The position numbers and the translations under genes were made by a program. Below are positions 20,299 to 30,265 of a stretch of DNA of 64,000 bases, piece by piece. The DNA comes from Candidatus Poribacteria bacterium (lineage in GTDB: Bacteria > Poribacteria > WGA-4E > PCPOR2b), in the NCBI GenBank assembly GCA_965116925.1, contig OZ220744.1, positions 960,001 through 1,024,000 on the forward strand. Reading direction: 5' to 3'. The notes beneath the pieces were generated by a model, which was not told where the DNA came from, ran no database searches, and saw only the letters and a list, made by a program, of their open reading frames with translations. Position 1 is the first letter of the stretch. Each line of letters begins with the position of its first letter.

Positions 20299-21333
20299 TC
20301 AGAGTTGCACTGCCTCCCCCGTTTCTGAGGAGCGCATCGCAGCGTCATAAACCTGCATCACCCGTCTGATCTCCTCAGGTTTGACAATCAGTTCCGCTCC
20401 CTTGTTCAGGACATCAGAGATATTCTGATAATAAGACTTCCACGACCCCCTGACACTCTCAACCACCAGTTCGCGCTGCTCGCCGTCCGCTTCTGTCCAA
20501 ACCTTTGCATAAGTGTCAGGATCTTCCTCTGCAGCGTCAATATTTCCTGCCACCATCGGCCTCTCCTGCGGATCTAATCCGTACTTAATTAACCCGCCGC
20601 GATCACCGAGGACGTACCAGCGCGGCTTTGGGACCTTCGCCAAGTTACCCACTTCGATCTGATAGCGGACATCGTTCTCAAATTTAATCAATAGATTCGC
20701 ATAGTTGCCGATGTCGATATCCCACCGTGCCCCGTAATGTACATCACAGAAAACAGTTTTGACCGGTGCAGAGACCAATTGCAGGGCTTGATCGACGAAG
20801 TGCGCGGGCCAATCAAAGAGGATGCCACCGCTCTGTTTCTTGACACCCCGCCACCCTCTCGGTCCCCCATATCTCATGATGCCGACCTGGAACAGATAGG
20901 GTGTGCCGAGTAGACCCTCCCCAATCACCTTCTTAACGGTCAGATAGTCCCAATCCCAGCGGCGATTGTGAAAAACGCTTAACATGACACCGTTTTGCTG
21001 ACTCGCCTCGATCATCGCATCGGCTTCGGCGACGTTCATACACATAATTTTGTCCGTGACAAGATGCTTGCCGGCGTCCATTGCCCGAATCGCGAGCTCG
21101 GCATGTGTGTCGTGCGGTGTGGCAAGGATAACCAAGTCTACGCTGTCATCCGTGATGACCTGATCAATGGTTTCATAAAGCTTAACGTCGGGGCAGGCTT
21201 GTGCGGCGGCTTGTCGTCTTTCCGGACTCCGCGTCGCAATCGCATACAGATTAAGCCCCTCCGCCAGACCGACGAGATAGGCGTGGAACGATTGCCCGGC
21301 ATAGCCGTATCCGATAACTGCTGTATTGATCAT
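20299..21333 (-). CDS. Gfo/Idh/MocA family oxidoreductase (scyllo-inositol dehydrogenase/YdgJ-like)
   Basis: IGYGYAG, GKHLVTDK, FHNRRWD, GGILFD. Confidence 0.9.
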   Translation of the reverse strand: MINTAVIGYGYAGQSFHAYLVGLAEGLNLYAIATRSPERRQAAAQACPDVKLYETIDQVITDDSVDLVILATPHDTHAELAIRAMDAGKHLVTDKIMCMNVAEADAMIEASQQNGVMLSVFHNRRWDWDYLTVKKVIGEGLLGTPYLFQVGIMRYGGPRGWRGVKKQSGGILFDWPAHFVDQALQLVSAPVKTVFCDVHYGARWDIDIGNYANLLIKFENDVRYQIEVGNLAKVPKPRWYVLGDRGGLIKYGLDPQERPMVAGNIDAAEEDPDTYAKVWTEADGEQRELVVESVRGSWKSYYQNISDVLNKGAELIVKPEEIRRVMQVYDAAMRSSETGEAVQL

Positions 21334-21358
21334 CAAATCTCCTTCTGTGTTAGCGAAC

Positions 21359-21386
21359 GTAGGGAACGCAGATCTGCGTTCCCTAC
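21359..21386. repeat. GTAG REP palindrome
   Basis: Perfect 28-bp palindrome GTAGGGAACGCAGATCTGCGTTCCCTAC; further copies at 45846, 61410 and partial at 44538. Confidence 0.9.
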
Positions 21387-21400
21387 CAGACCTTTGTTAA

Positions 21401-22396
21401 TTAATCCTCCCAATTCAATACCACTCCTAATAGATTCTGATCCCACTCCATCAACAGTTGATACGCCTCCGCAGCCTGAGTTCCCGCCAGCCGGTGGGTG
21501 ATCAATGGAGCAACGACGATGCGACCGTGGGCGATAAGCTGCAGCGATAGCTCCCAATCGTCACGGAGTGTCCAGAAATTCGGCGAAGATTCATGACGCG
21601 GACGCACGGAATTATGGGCACCTAACACCGTCAAGCCCTTTCCGTGGACATCACGGTAAAAGTTCACACGTTCCGTCTCTCCCCGCGTGCTGGCAAGCAG
21701 AACAACCCGCCCATGCCAATCTGCCAATTGAAAAGCAGTATTGACAACCGGTGGATGCCCCGTCGCTTCAATAACGACTGCCAAACCTTTACCGCCGGTA
21801 ATTTTGTCAAGTCGATCTCTAAAATTTTCAGCCTCTGGATCTAAGCCGTAGTCTGCCCCAACCCGTGTGGCGAGTTGTAAGCGACTGTCGGACAGATCCG
21901 CTGTTATCACAGGCAATCCACCGCTGAGTTTCGCAAGTTGCATCGCAAATAGACCAATCAAACCACCGCCCAACACAAGGGTCGGTTCCCCAAGTTCAAT
22001 TTTGGCTTTCCGAACCCCTTGCATCGCAATGGTGCACAAATTGAAGAAAACGCCTTCTTCCGAGGATAACGCTGCCTCCGTTACCTTGAGAAGACTGTCT
22101 GGTGTGGCGACAAAATGACTCGTATGACCTTTGGAGGAAACGACACGATCGCCGATCTTAAAATCGTCTACATCTCTACCACTGTCGATGACCACTCCGA
22201 TATTGCTATAGCCGGGATATGATGGATAGCGTCCCTGTGCATTGGGCAGTCCGAGCAAGAAAGCACGCTCTGTACCCGGACTGATGAGCGTACATTCGGT
22301 CGCCACCAGAATCTCGTTATCGCCAAGAGACGGGAATTCAAAATCCTCAATTTCAACCGTCGCCCGGCTGGGCCAAACAACTCTTTGTCCTTTCAT
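21401..22396 (-). CDS. MDR superfamily (zinc-binding dehydrogenase-like) oxidoreductase
   Basis: ISPGTE, PGYS..G.V, GGGLIG, VIEATG, LITHR. Confidence 0.88.
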   Translation of the reverse strand: MKGQRVVWPSRATVEIEDFEFPSLGDNEILVATECTLISPGTERAFLLGLPNAQGRYPSYPGYSNIGVVIDSGRDVDDFKIGDRVVSSKGHTSHFVATPDSLLKVTEAALSSEEGVFFNLCTIAMQGVRKAKIELGEPTLVLGGGLIGLFAMQLAKLSGGLPVITADLSDSRLQLATRVGADYGLDPEAENFRDRLDKITGGKGLAVVIEATGHPPVVNTAFQLADWHGRVVLLASTRGETERVNFYRDVHGKGLTVLGAHNSVRPRHESSPNFWTLRDDWELSLQLIAHGRIVVAPLITHRLAGTQAAEAYQLLMEWDQNLLGVVLNWED

Positions 22397-22623
22397 GCGT
22401 TCCTCCTCAGTGGGCGGAAAAAAGTTTTCCTACTCATACGATCTCTCTGCGTTCTCCGTGTCTCTGCGGCAAGAGCCTGTAACGATTTATTTAAAAAAAG
22501 TAACGTGATAAGGACTTATGTGCTGTTCAGTATACAACATGCCCAACTTAAGATCTATGATAAAATGGTGGATATATTTCAGCGGGTGAAGTTGCAAATT
22601 ATTTCTGAGCTGCACGATTTAGA

Positions 22624-22652
22624 TTGAATGGATTGGCAAGAAACACTATAAT
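22624..22652 (+). promoter_or_regulatory. Sigma-70 promoter
   Basis: TTGAAT-17 bp-TATAAT upstream of ATG 22750. Confidence 0.55.
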
Positions 22653-22749
22653 ATGTAAGCTGCTACCTATCCTAGAGAAATCGAGTTTTTTCGTTTCCCT
22701 ATAGCAGAAGTAATGTGCATTATACCCTACAAGAAACTTGGAGGCGTTG

Positions 22750-25068
22750 ATGGTCAAATTTTTATTGGCATTAGTTGTAGTATGCACCCTTGCGTTGCCC
22801 CTGAGCACGATCTACCCGGCAGCGGATCCAATCCTCAGAAAGATCTCAGCCGTTGAAACCGATTCGCCACCAAAAATTGATGGAAAACTAGACGATCCGT
22901 GTTGGCAAAAAGCGGCACAGGCCGGCGACTTTATTCAATTTGAACCGAATTCTGGCGAACCTGCTAGCCATAAAACGAAAGTTTACCTGCTCTATGATCA
23001 GAATCGGTTGTATGTCGGTTTTGAGTGTTTCAAGAGCGACATGAACGTCCTCGCCGCAAATTCTGTCCAGCGAGACTCTTTTTTCTTCGCTGATGACCAT
23101 GTTGAAGTCTTGCTTGACACCTATCTAGATCAACGCAACTGCTACGCTTTCGCATTAAACGCCCTTAGTACGCAGACAGACCGACGGATAACAAACGAGG
23201 GCGGAAATGTGAGACGAAACAGCTCTAATGTCGGTTCCGCTATCTCTTGGGACTGTGATTGGTCGGGGCACTCGACGATATATGATGACCGATGGACCGC
23301 GGAATTTTCCATCCCGTTTGCGGAACTCCGTTTTCCGAAGAAAAACCCTCATGCGGTTTGGGGAATCAATTTTTGGCGGAACGATGAATCTCAGCAGGAA
23401 GAGTTGTCGTGGGTAGAACTTGGGGGCCGGCAGTACGCCGTTTCACAGTTTGGACATCTAACCGACTTGCCGTTGGATCGACTCGTTACAAAGCGTCCGT
23501 TAGAGGTTAAACCGTACGGCACCCTAAAGCCGGAGAAAATTGGCGATCAGGACCCCGAATTGAATACCGCTGCGGGCATTGATGTCCGGTATCCCTTCTC
23601 AAGCGTGACTGTCGACTTCACCCTCAATCCTGACTTCGCACAAATCGAGGCGGATCCGGACTTAGTCAACCTATCAGACATCCCGCTCCGTTTTCCAGAG
23701 AAGCGCCCCTTCTTCTTAGAAGGGAACGAGCTCTTCCAGACGCCGGTTGAGTTGTTTTATAGTCGTCGAGTCGAAGATCTTATGTATGGCGGGAAGGTGA
23801 TTGGAAAACTGAGTGATTACAATTTCGCCTTCCTGAACGCACAGGCGGGCCCGGAAACCACAGCGTTCAAGACAGATTCACGGTTCAGCAAGTATCTTGA
23901 TCGAGAAATCCTCACGCGGGATTTGCGCGAGACCTTTGATAGGAATGACATCTCGCTTTCTGATATGGCTTCCGTTGCTGTCAAAGATAAAGAGGGCAAA
24001 TGGCTGATAACAGATGCGACAGAAGATAAACAGTACACCATCATGGAGCAGGGGGATCGGCTAAACGTTTACGAAATGGACACAGATCGGTTACCGGCTG
24101 ATGAATACAACTATTCCGTCTTTCGTGTACAACGGGAACTCGGTAGGAACTCGTCGATCGGTTTCTTGGGGGTAAACAAACAGGGGCAGAGTCTATATGA
24201 CCGGGCATCGGGAATTGATGCCCGTTTTCGGCTGCCCGCCGATGTCAATCTCAATCTTGAATACGCCAGAGAGTGGAGGGCGGGGCTTGAGGGCCATGAC
24301 CCCATCAGCGATGATATTATCTTTGCCGAATTTTCACGGAGAGCGAATGTTTTTTCGTTTGAGGCACGATATATTGACATCGGAGAAAATTTTGATGTCG
24401 AGACCGGTTTTATTCCGAGGACGGATCGACGAGGGCTCGAGTTTACTACTCGGTACAATAAGCAGTACGCAGGGTTGGTACAACGCCTGCGCGGCGAGGG
24501 CGTGGTTGACCGCTTATATAACCATGCAGGTGAACTGACCAACGAACGCTATCAGATTCGTGGGTTGATCGGGGTTAAGAATATCTTCCTTTTCACCGGT
24601 CCAGAATGGTACTATCACGTGGATGATGACGGTGTGGCTTACACGGATAGAGTGCTGAATTTCTTCACCGGCTGGTTTCCACCCAAGTGGGTGAGAGTTC
24701 GGAATTTTGGAACGGTCGGCATCCGAGATGATAAAGATACTTTCTTCATTCGACCAGAAATAACATTCCGTCCAACAGCGAAGCTAGACCTGGAACTGAC
24801 CCTGCAGCGTTTAGTGGAAGATGGCGTTCTGGAGCAGTGGACGCGCCGTTTTGCTATCAACTATCAGTTCGCACAGCGGATGTTCTTCCGCTCTAGTGCA
24901 GAGTTCACGATTGATGACGAGCGACGGATTTTCGGGTTGTTTGCCTACGAATATCTGCCTGAAAGCACATTCTTTCTGGTCTACAATAATAACCGCGAAA
25001 AGGACGGTGACACGGAACAGATTGTCTTTGTGAAGTTGGCACACCTATTAAAAGTTGGACTGTTTTAG
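22750..25068 (+). CDS. CBM9-like domain plus DUF5916 outer-membrane beta-barrel protein
   Basis: Signal peptide, PKIDGKLDD..W, EFSIPF.ELRF, NPDFAQIEAD, EKRPFFLEG, FYSRR. Confidence 0.85.
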   Translation: MVKFLLALVVVCTLALPLSTIYPAADPILRKISAVETDSPPKIDGKLDDPCWQKAAQAGDFIQFEPNSGEPASHKTKVYLLYDQNRLYVGFECFKSDMNVLAANSVQRDSFFFADDHVEVLLDTYLDQRNCYAFALNALSTQTDRRITNEGGNVRRNSSNVGSAISWDCDWSGHSTIYDDRWTAEFSIPFAELRFPKKNPHAVWGINFWRNDESQQEELSWVELGGRQYAVSQFGHLTDLPLDRLVTKRPLEVKPYGTLKPEKIGDQDPELNTAAGIDVRYPFSSVTVDFTLNPDFAQIEADPDLVNLSDIPLRFPEKRPFFLEGNELFQTPVELFYSRRVEDLMYGGKVIGKLSDYNFAFLNAQAGPETTAFKTDSRFSKYLDREILTRDLRETFDRNDISLSDMASVAVKDKEGKWLITDATEDKQYTIMEQGDRLNVYEMDTDRLPADEYNYSVFRVQRELGRNSSIGFLGVNKQGQSLYDRASGIDARFRLPADVNLNLEYAREWRAGLEGHDPISDDIIFAEFSRRANVFSFEARYIDIGENFDVETGFIPRTDRRGLEFTTRYNKQYAGLVQRLRGEGVVDRLYNHAGELTNERYQIRGLIGVKNIFLFTGPEWYYHVDDDGVAYTDRVLNFFTGWFPPKWVRVRNFGTVGIRDDKDTFFIRPEITFRPTAKLDLELTLQRLVEDGVLEQWTRRFAINYQFAQRMFFRSSAEFTIDDERRIFGLFAYEYLPESTFFLVYNNNREKDGDTEQIVFVKLAHLLKVGLF

Positions 25069-25121
25069 AATATCATAGGGGCGCGGTAGAATCTCAACTT
25101 GGTTGGAAGGAGTTGATCGCG

Positions 25122-25668
25122 ATGCAATCGCAAGAAAGAATCACAGGAGAACAACTGCTTGAGATGTCCTCCAAGCTGATTGGGCATGTCGAATTGGTAA
25201 AGGGAGGAATTATACAGACGGGCCCAGCAGGAGATATTCATGGCGAGTTGGCAATGATTCTTGGATCGTTGCTGCAAATATATGTTAAACAGAATGACCT
25301 CGGCAAGGTATATGCAGCAGAAACAGGATTTTACACCGCGTGAAATCCGGATACGGTCCGCGCTGCCGATGCAGCTTTCATTGCAAAACATAGGCTGCCT
25401 GAGAGCCCTTCTGACGGTTATCTGGAAATCGTCCCTGATCTGATGGTCGAAGTGGTCTCGCCATACGATCGACCGAGAGAAATCCTCGAAAAGGTCAATG
25501 AGTGCTTGGAGGCCGGTGTGAAGTATCTGGGTAGTCTATCCAAAATCTCGTCAGATTTACGTTTATAAATCTGATTCTTCCGTTGAAGTCCTCTCCGGAG
25601 AGGATACCTTGATTGGTGACGGTGTAATTCCGGGTTTTCAGTGCCCCGTTACCGAGCTCTTTGAATGA
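25122..25668 (+). pseudogene. Uma2 family endonuclease pseudogene
   Basis: ELVKG, AETGF, then in-frame TGA at 25341, NPDTVRAAD, PDLMVEVVSP, a frameshift near 25525, and WVVYP...GDGVIPGFQCPVTELFE in another frame. Confidence 0.85.
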
Positions 25669-25699
25669 CAAACCAAATTTTTAAGGAGGCAACAAGCCT

Positions 25700-25933
25700 A
25701 TGGATGCGAAGTTAAAAAAGATTCAGGTTACCCCTGTGAAATTCAACAAGGATGGCGATGTACAGAAAGAGGAGTTCGCGACGCTCACCTTTGAGGTGCC
25801 GCTCGATAGTCTCACACAGCGGCAGGAGGTCATGAGCCTATTTGAGACCCTCAGTCGCGAATGGGTGAGGATCGAAGTTGAAGGAGAGTCAATCCCAACG
25901 GACGAAAGTTCCCAGCTTGGAGCTGCTGTATGA
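25700..25933 (+). CDS. Small hypothetical protein
   Basis: Strong RBS TAAGGAGG; ATGA overlap with ogt. Confidence 0.75.
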   Translation: MDAKLKKIQVTPVKFNKDGDVQKEEFATLTFEVPLDSLTQRQEVMSLFETLSREWVRIEVEGESIPTDESSQLGAAV

Positions 25934-26463
25934 ACATAACCAATTACACCTGCTTTGAATCATTATTTGGCTGGGTCGGTATTGCGAAATCGGATCAAGG
26001 CCTCACTCGCGTTACCTTTGGCGCACCGACGGATGTAGCCATAAAAGATCGCTTGCGTAACGGTTCACACGGTAAACGGGGTTTATATCCGCTGACCCGC
26101 AACGCGCTGGATCCGGAACTACTGGAAGCAGCAGAGTTACTGACAAAATATTTCAATGGCGTGCCGGTTGATTTTGATATTAAGCTTGATCTAAGTGCTG
26201 GAACGTCGTTTCAGCAGCGCGTTTGGAAGACTGCCTTTCGGATCCCTTATGGCGCGGTCCAAAGCTACGGTTGGATTGCAAAGGAGATCGGTAATCCGAA
26301 CGCGATGCGAGCCGTTGGCGGAGCGATGGGAGCGAATCCGTTAGCGATTATCGTGCCGTGCCACCGTGTCGTCCGTAGCGACGGAGGGCTCGGCGGTTAT
26401 GCGGGCGGGTTGCACTGGAAACGGAAATTGCTTGCTATGGAGCGAAAAATCGAAGGGGTTTGA
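25930..26463 (+). CDS. ogt: Methylated-DNA--protein-cysteine S-methyltransferase
   Basis: IPYG...SYG, RAVG, NP..IIVPCHRV, GGYAGG. Confidence 0.95.
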   Translation: MNITNYTCFESLFGWVGIAKSDQGLTRVTFGAPTDVAIKDRLRNGSHGKRGLYPLTRNALDPELLEAAELLTKYFNGVPVDFDIKLDLSAGTSFQQRVWKTAFRIPYGAVQSYGWIAKEIGNPNAMRAVGGAMGANPLAIIVPCHRVVRSDGGLGGYAGGLHWKRKLLAMERKIEGV

Positions 26464-26469
26464 ACACTC

Positions 26470-26634
26470 TAGGACTTACGCAGTTGGTTCATAAGTCCTC
26501 CTGAACCTCTCTGATAAGAGGGGAAAGACAAGGGAGAAGATCCCTCTTATCTTCTCCCTTGTCAGGGGAGTTGGGGGATTTAGGGGGTTAAAAATAAAAA
26601 ACTCGCGCTGCGTGCTAAATTTGCGTAAGTCCTG
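26470..26634. mobile_element. MITE family A (165 bp)
   Basis: TAGGACTTACGCA ... TGCGTAAGTCCTG ends; GGGGATTTAGGGGGTTAAAAAT and GTGCTAAATTTG shared with the 11501 copy. Confidence 0.8.
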
Positions 26635-26752
26635 TGCTCCAGAAAATTGAGAATCGATAGGACGGAAGCAGACGTTTTAACAGTAGATGTGCTGATGGCG
26701 AGCGACATCGCCGGGATTTGTGTCGTAATTATTGTAAGGAGAGATTACGTTA

Positions 26753-27418
26753 GTGAGACATTACACCAAAATATTAATTGGGGAGAACAAAAGACGGTTA
26801 AATAAACTGAGGGAATTCCGTTCCCTTATGATTCGCTATTTCAATAACAGCCGGGTAGGTTTCGGGGGTGGCAGAGTCGAAGAAAGTGCTGCAAAAGAGG
26901 CTAGACGCGAAATCAATCGACTCAAAGATGAAATACATTCCATAATTCTTAATTCAGGAATAGATCCAGGTTTTTCTTGGACCCCACCGTCAGCCGTTGG
27001 AGGTGATGAAACGAGGATCGATCTAATTGAAGATATTTTTAATCTTGATCAATTTGATATAGGTCCTAACAATCTGCTGGCTTGCATAGATGGAGCTATT
27101 GAAAAATATGACTCTAGTCACAAATCAGCATTTGTCAGAACGTTCAATCCATTCTTCTACCTAGGGCGGGTGCTTGATGCAATTACGGATCTGCCGTTTA
27201 TTATCATTGGAATACTTGGCTTTAACCGACAAAAGATAAAAACGTCAGCAGTAGGCAGGCTAGTTAAGGGGACTCTTTATCTGATTATAATCGTAGCCGT
27301 ACTTTTGACAATACTGCATCTTTTGGATTTTTTGGAACCGATTAAACAGTTTGTGCATAAATTGTTGGCTGTAATAAAGGAAATTAACTCGATGTTTGAT
27401 TTCGACGATGTCAAATAA
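26753..27418 (+). CDS. Hypothetical AT-rich membrane protein
   Basis: RBS AAGGAG before GTG, 221-aa ORF with C-terminal hydrophobic helices. Confidence 0.7.
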   Translation: MRHYTKILIGENKRRLNKLREFRSLMIRYFNNSRVGFGGGRVEESAAKEARREINRLKDEIHSIILNSGIDPGFSWTPPSAVGGDETRIDLIEDIFNLDQFDIGPNNLLACIDGAIEKYDSSHKSAFVRTFNPFFYLGRVLDAITDLPFIIIGILGFNRQKIKTSAVGRLVKGTLYLIIIVAVLLTILHLLDFLEPIKQFVHKLLAVIKEINSMFDFDDVK

Positions 27419-27587
27419 CAATAGCTCCAAATCCTGTAGACAGTCGTTGAATATTTATAGCGCGTGCCGAGTGGACGATGGAGATAGCCATGGATCCGGG
27501 CAAACAAATAGCTATTGACGATCTGGAAAATGAGACGCAGGAGGTAACCGGATGAACATCGCTTAAATAAATAAGGAGATTCGTACC

Positions 27588-28049
27588 ATGCAAGAAAACA
27601 AAGAACCGATCCAACCACAAATTATACAACAGTTCAGCAAATACCTTGAAAACAATGCACTGCGTCTCACGTCGGAGCGGCGCAACATCCTTGAACAGGT
27701 CTTCGCTTACGACGATCACTTCCGCGCAGATGACCTGTTGATACGCATGCGCCAAAACGGATATACTGCTTCGCGTGCGACGATCTATCGGACGCTACCG
27801 CTTCTAGTCAAAAGTGGGCTGCTGACGGAGGTGATCGATGCACAGAAACAGTCCCATTATGAACATATCCATTCTCGCCAAGAGCATGCCCACCTAATTT
27901 GCCTGCGGTGTAGTAGCATCATTGAGTTTGAAAGTCCGGAGATCGACGCGCTCCAAGAAGAGGTTTGCAAAACGCACCAGTTCAAGCCAGTGAAATATAG
28001 AAATGAAATCTTGGGATACTGTGTCGAGTGCCAAAAAGATGGCATCTGA
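27588..28049 (+). CDS. Fur family transcriptional regulator
   Basis: LRLTSER, SRATIYRTL, H.HLIC..C, C..C at the C-terminus. Confidence 0.93.
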   Translation: MQENKEPIQPQIIQQFSKYLENNALRLTSERRNILEQVFAYDDHFRADDLLIRMRQNGYTASRATIYRTLPLLVKSGLLTEVIDAQKQSHYEHIHSRQEHAHLICLRCSSIIEFESPEIDALQEEVCKTHQFKPVKYRNEILGYCVECQKDGI

Positions 28050-28087
28050 TCTATTATCCAATCCCTTTTTTCGGAGGAAATATTACA

Positions 28088-29095
28088 ATGTCAAACGTCA
28101 ATCGAAAATTTACTTTAGCCGCAAGGCCCGTTGGCTATCCAAAGCCATCAGATTTTGACCTAGTGACCGAACCCATTCCAACTCCCAATGATGGGGAGGT
28201 ACTTGTACGCACCAATTACCTGTCTGTAGACCCATATATGCGTGGACGGATGAACGATAGAGCCTCCTACGCCCCAAATGTACAGATCGGTGAGGCGATG
28301 GTCGGCAGCGTTGTCGGCGAAGTTGTTGCTTCCAAAAACCCAGACTTTCAGGTGGGAGATATCGCTACAGGCGGGCTGGGTTGGCAGGAGTATGGCGTAT
28401 CTGATGGGGGCAATCTCCGGAAAGTGGATCCAACCCTCGCTCCCATATCGACATCTCTGGGGATTCTCGGTATGCCGGGCCTGACGGCGTACTTCGGCTT
28501 GTTAGACATCTGCAACCCACAGCTGGGAGAAACGGTTTTCGTGTCGGCAGCGGCGGGAGCGGTCGGTTCTTTGGTGGGACAGATTGCCAAGATAAAAGGT
28601 TGCCGCGCCGTAGGCAGTGCCGGCAGCGACGAGAAGGTGGATTATGTCGTGGACGAACTCGGCTTTGATGCCGCGTTTAATTACAAGACAACCGAGGATT
28701 ACGGCGCAAAGCTAGCCGAGCAGTGTCCGGACGGAATTGACGCTTATTTCGATAACGTCGGTGGTGCGATTACCGATGCCGTCTTTCCCCTGATCAACGT
28801 GAAAGCACGGGTGTCGATCTGCGGTCAGATTTCTCAGTATAATCTGGAAAACCCGGAACAGGGACCGCGTTTCCTGTGGCATCTCATCGTCAAACGGGCA
28901 AAGATCGAAGGATTCCTTGTCTTTGAATTTGCGGACAAACATGACGATGGGCTTCGGCAGATGGCGGAGTGGATTCAGGCTGGAAAGTTGAAGTACAGAG
29001 AGGAAGTAACAGAAGGCTTTGAGAACGCCCCCGCCGCATTCATCGGGATGTTGAAGGGAAGCAATATCGGCAAGCAGCTAGTCAAAGTTACTTGA
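28088..29095 (+). CDS. NADP-dependent oxidoreductase (CurA/prostaglandin reductase family)
   Basis: YLSVDPYMRGRM, GMPGLTAYFG, AAAGAVG, FDNVGG; RBS GGAGG before ATG 28088. Confidence 0.93.
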   Translation: MSNVNRKFTLAARPVGYPKPSDFDLVTEPIPTPNDGEVLVRTNYLSVDPYMRGRMNDRASYAPNVQIGEAMVGSVVGEVVASKNPDFQVGDIATGGLGWQEYGVSDGGNLRKVDPTLAPISTSLGILGMPGLTAYFGLLDICNPQLGETVFVSAAAGAVGSLVGQIAKIKGCRAVGSAGSDEKVDYVVDELGFDAAFNYKTTEDYGAKLAEQCPDGIDAYFDNVGGAITDAVFPLINVKARVSICGQISQYNLENPEQGPRFLWHLIVKRAKIEGFLVFEFADKHDDGLRQMAEWIQAGKLKYREEVTEGFENAPAAFIGMLKGSNIGKQLVKVT

Positions 29096-29191
29096 TTAAC
29101 CCAATACGTATTACGTTTCACGTTTCACGATTCAAGCAGACATCGAAACAACAGGTAGTAACTCACGCGAATTAGGAGAGGAATCAATAAC

Positions 29192-30244
29192 ATGTCAGAC
29201 AAATATCGTGTCGGAATTATCGGTTGCGGCGGCATTGCGAGGCTGCATGCACTGGGTTATCAAGGTGTCGAGGAGGTCGAAATCGTCGCTATTGCTGATC
29301 CCGTTGAAGAAGCGCTAAACGATTTTGGGGAAAACTACAACATCCAGACGCGCTACCTCGATCCCCGCGAGATGCTCGACAAAGAGAATCTCGACATCGT
29401 GAGCGTTGCAACATGGCACAGGCTCCACGCCCCCATGACAATCGCCGCTTGCGCCCGGAAGCCGAAGGCGGTTCTTTGCGAGAAGCCGATGGGGATTAAC
29501 CTCGGTGAGTGTGACGAGATGCTGATTGCAGCACAGCGAAACAACGTCAAGGTTGCGATCGCGCATCAACGCCGATTCAACCCGGTCTGGACAGATGCCC
29601 GTCAATTAATTGCCAACGGTGCAATAGGGGAACCACGTCAAATTGTGTGCAAAGGCGGTCAGGGTCTTCTGAACGACTGCTCACATCTGTTCGACATGAT
29701 GCGCTATGTCCTCGGCGATCCGGACGCAGAATGGGTTATGGGTAACGTTGAACGTAAGACCGAACGCTACGAACGCGATATACCGATTGAAGATCGGAGC
29801 GCAGGAATTATAGGATTCCAAGGGGGCTGCATCGGACTGCTGCTTCAGGAGATCGCCGGTCCCAACTATCAAGGTGGAATTATCTACGGTTCCGATGGTA
29901 TTATAGATCTGACCGAACAGCGAGCCCTCCTGCTCAACAGCAAACGAGCGGAATGGGAAGACCGTCGAGCAGAGGGAGAGAATCCTTCCGTGGCGCAGGT
30001 GCAGGAACTAGTATCGTGGATTGAAGGGCGAAGTGGGCATCGTGGCGAAGCGATACACGGACGCGCCGCCGTGGAGATTATCATGGCGATCTACGACTCC
30101 GCACGACGACACGAAGTGGTGCAGATGCCAGTTCGGACCCACGCTTCACCGCTTGAGGTGATGATTGAGAACGGCGACTTGCCGGTTGAACATCCGGGCA
30201 GATATGACATCCGCGCAATGTTACTTCGCGGAGAGTCAATGTAG
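29192..30244 (+). CDS. Gfo/Idh/MocA family oxidoreductase
   Basis: IGCGGIA, CEKPM, HQRRF. Confidence 0.9.
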   Translation: MSDKYRVGIIGCGGIARLHALGYQGVEEVEIVAIADPVEEALNDFGENYNIQTRYLDPREMLDKENLDIVSVATWHRLHAPMTIAACARKPKAVLCEKPMGINLGECDEMLIAAQRNNVKVAIAHQRRFNPVWTDARQLIANGAIGEPRQIVCKGGQGLLNDCSHLFDMMRYVLGDPDAEWVMGNVERKTERYERDIPIEDRSAGIIGFQGGCIGLLLQEIAGPNYQGGIIYGSDGIIDLTEQRALLLNSKRAEWEDRRAEGENPSVAQVQELVSWIEGRSGHRGEAIHGRAAVEIIMAIYDSARRHEVVQMPVRTHASPLEVMIENGDLPVEHPGRYDIRAMLLRGESM

Positions 30245-30265
30245 CAATGAGGCGGTGTGGTTAAC

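Noticed and set aside
25341..25343. In-frame TGA in the Uma2 gene as selenocysteine
   Set aside because: The position corresponds to Arg rather than Cys in this family, there is no redox motif, and a frameshift follows.
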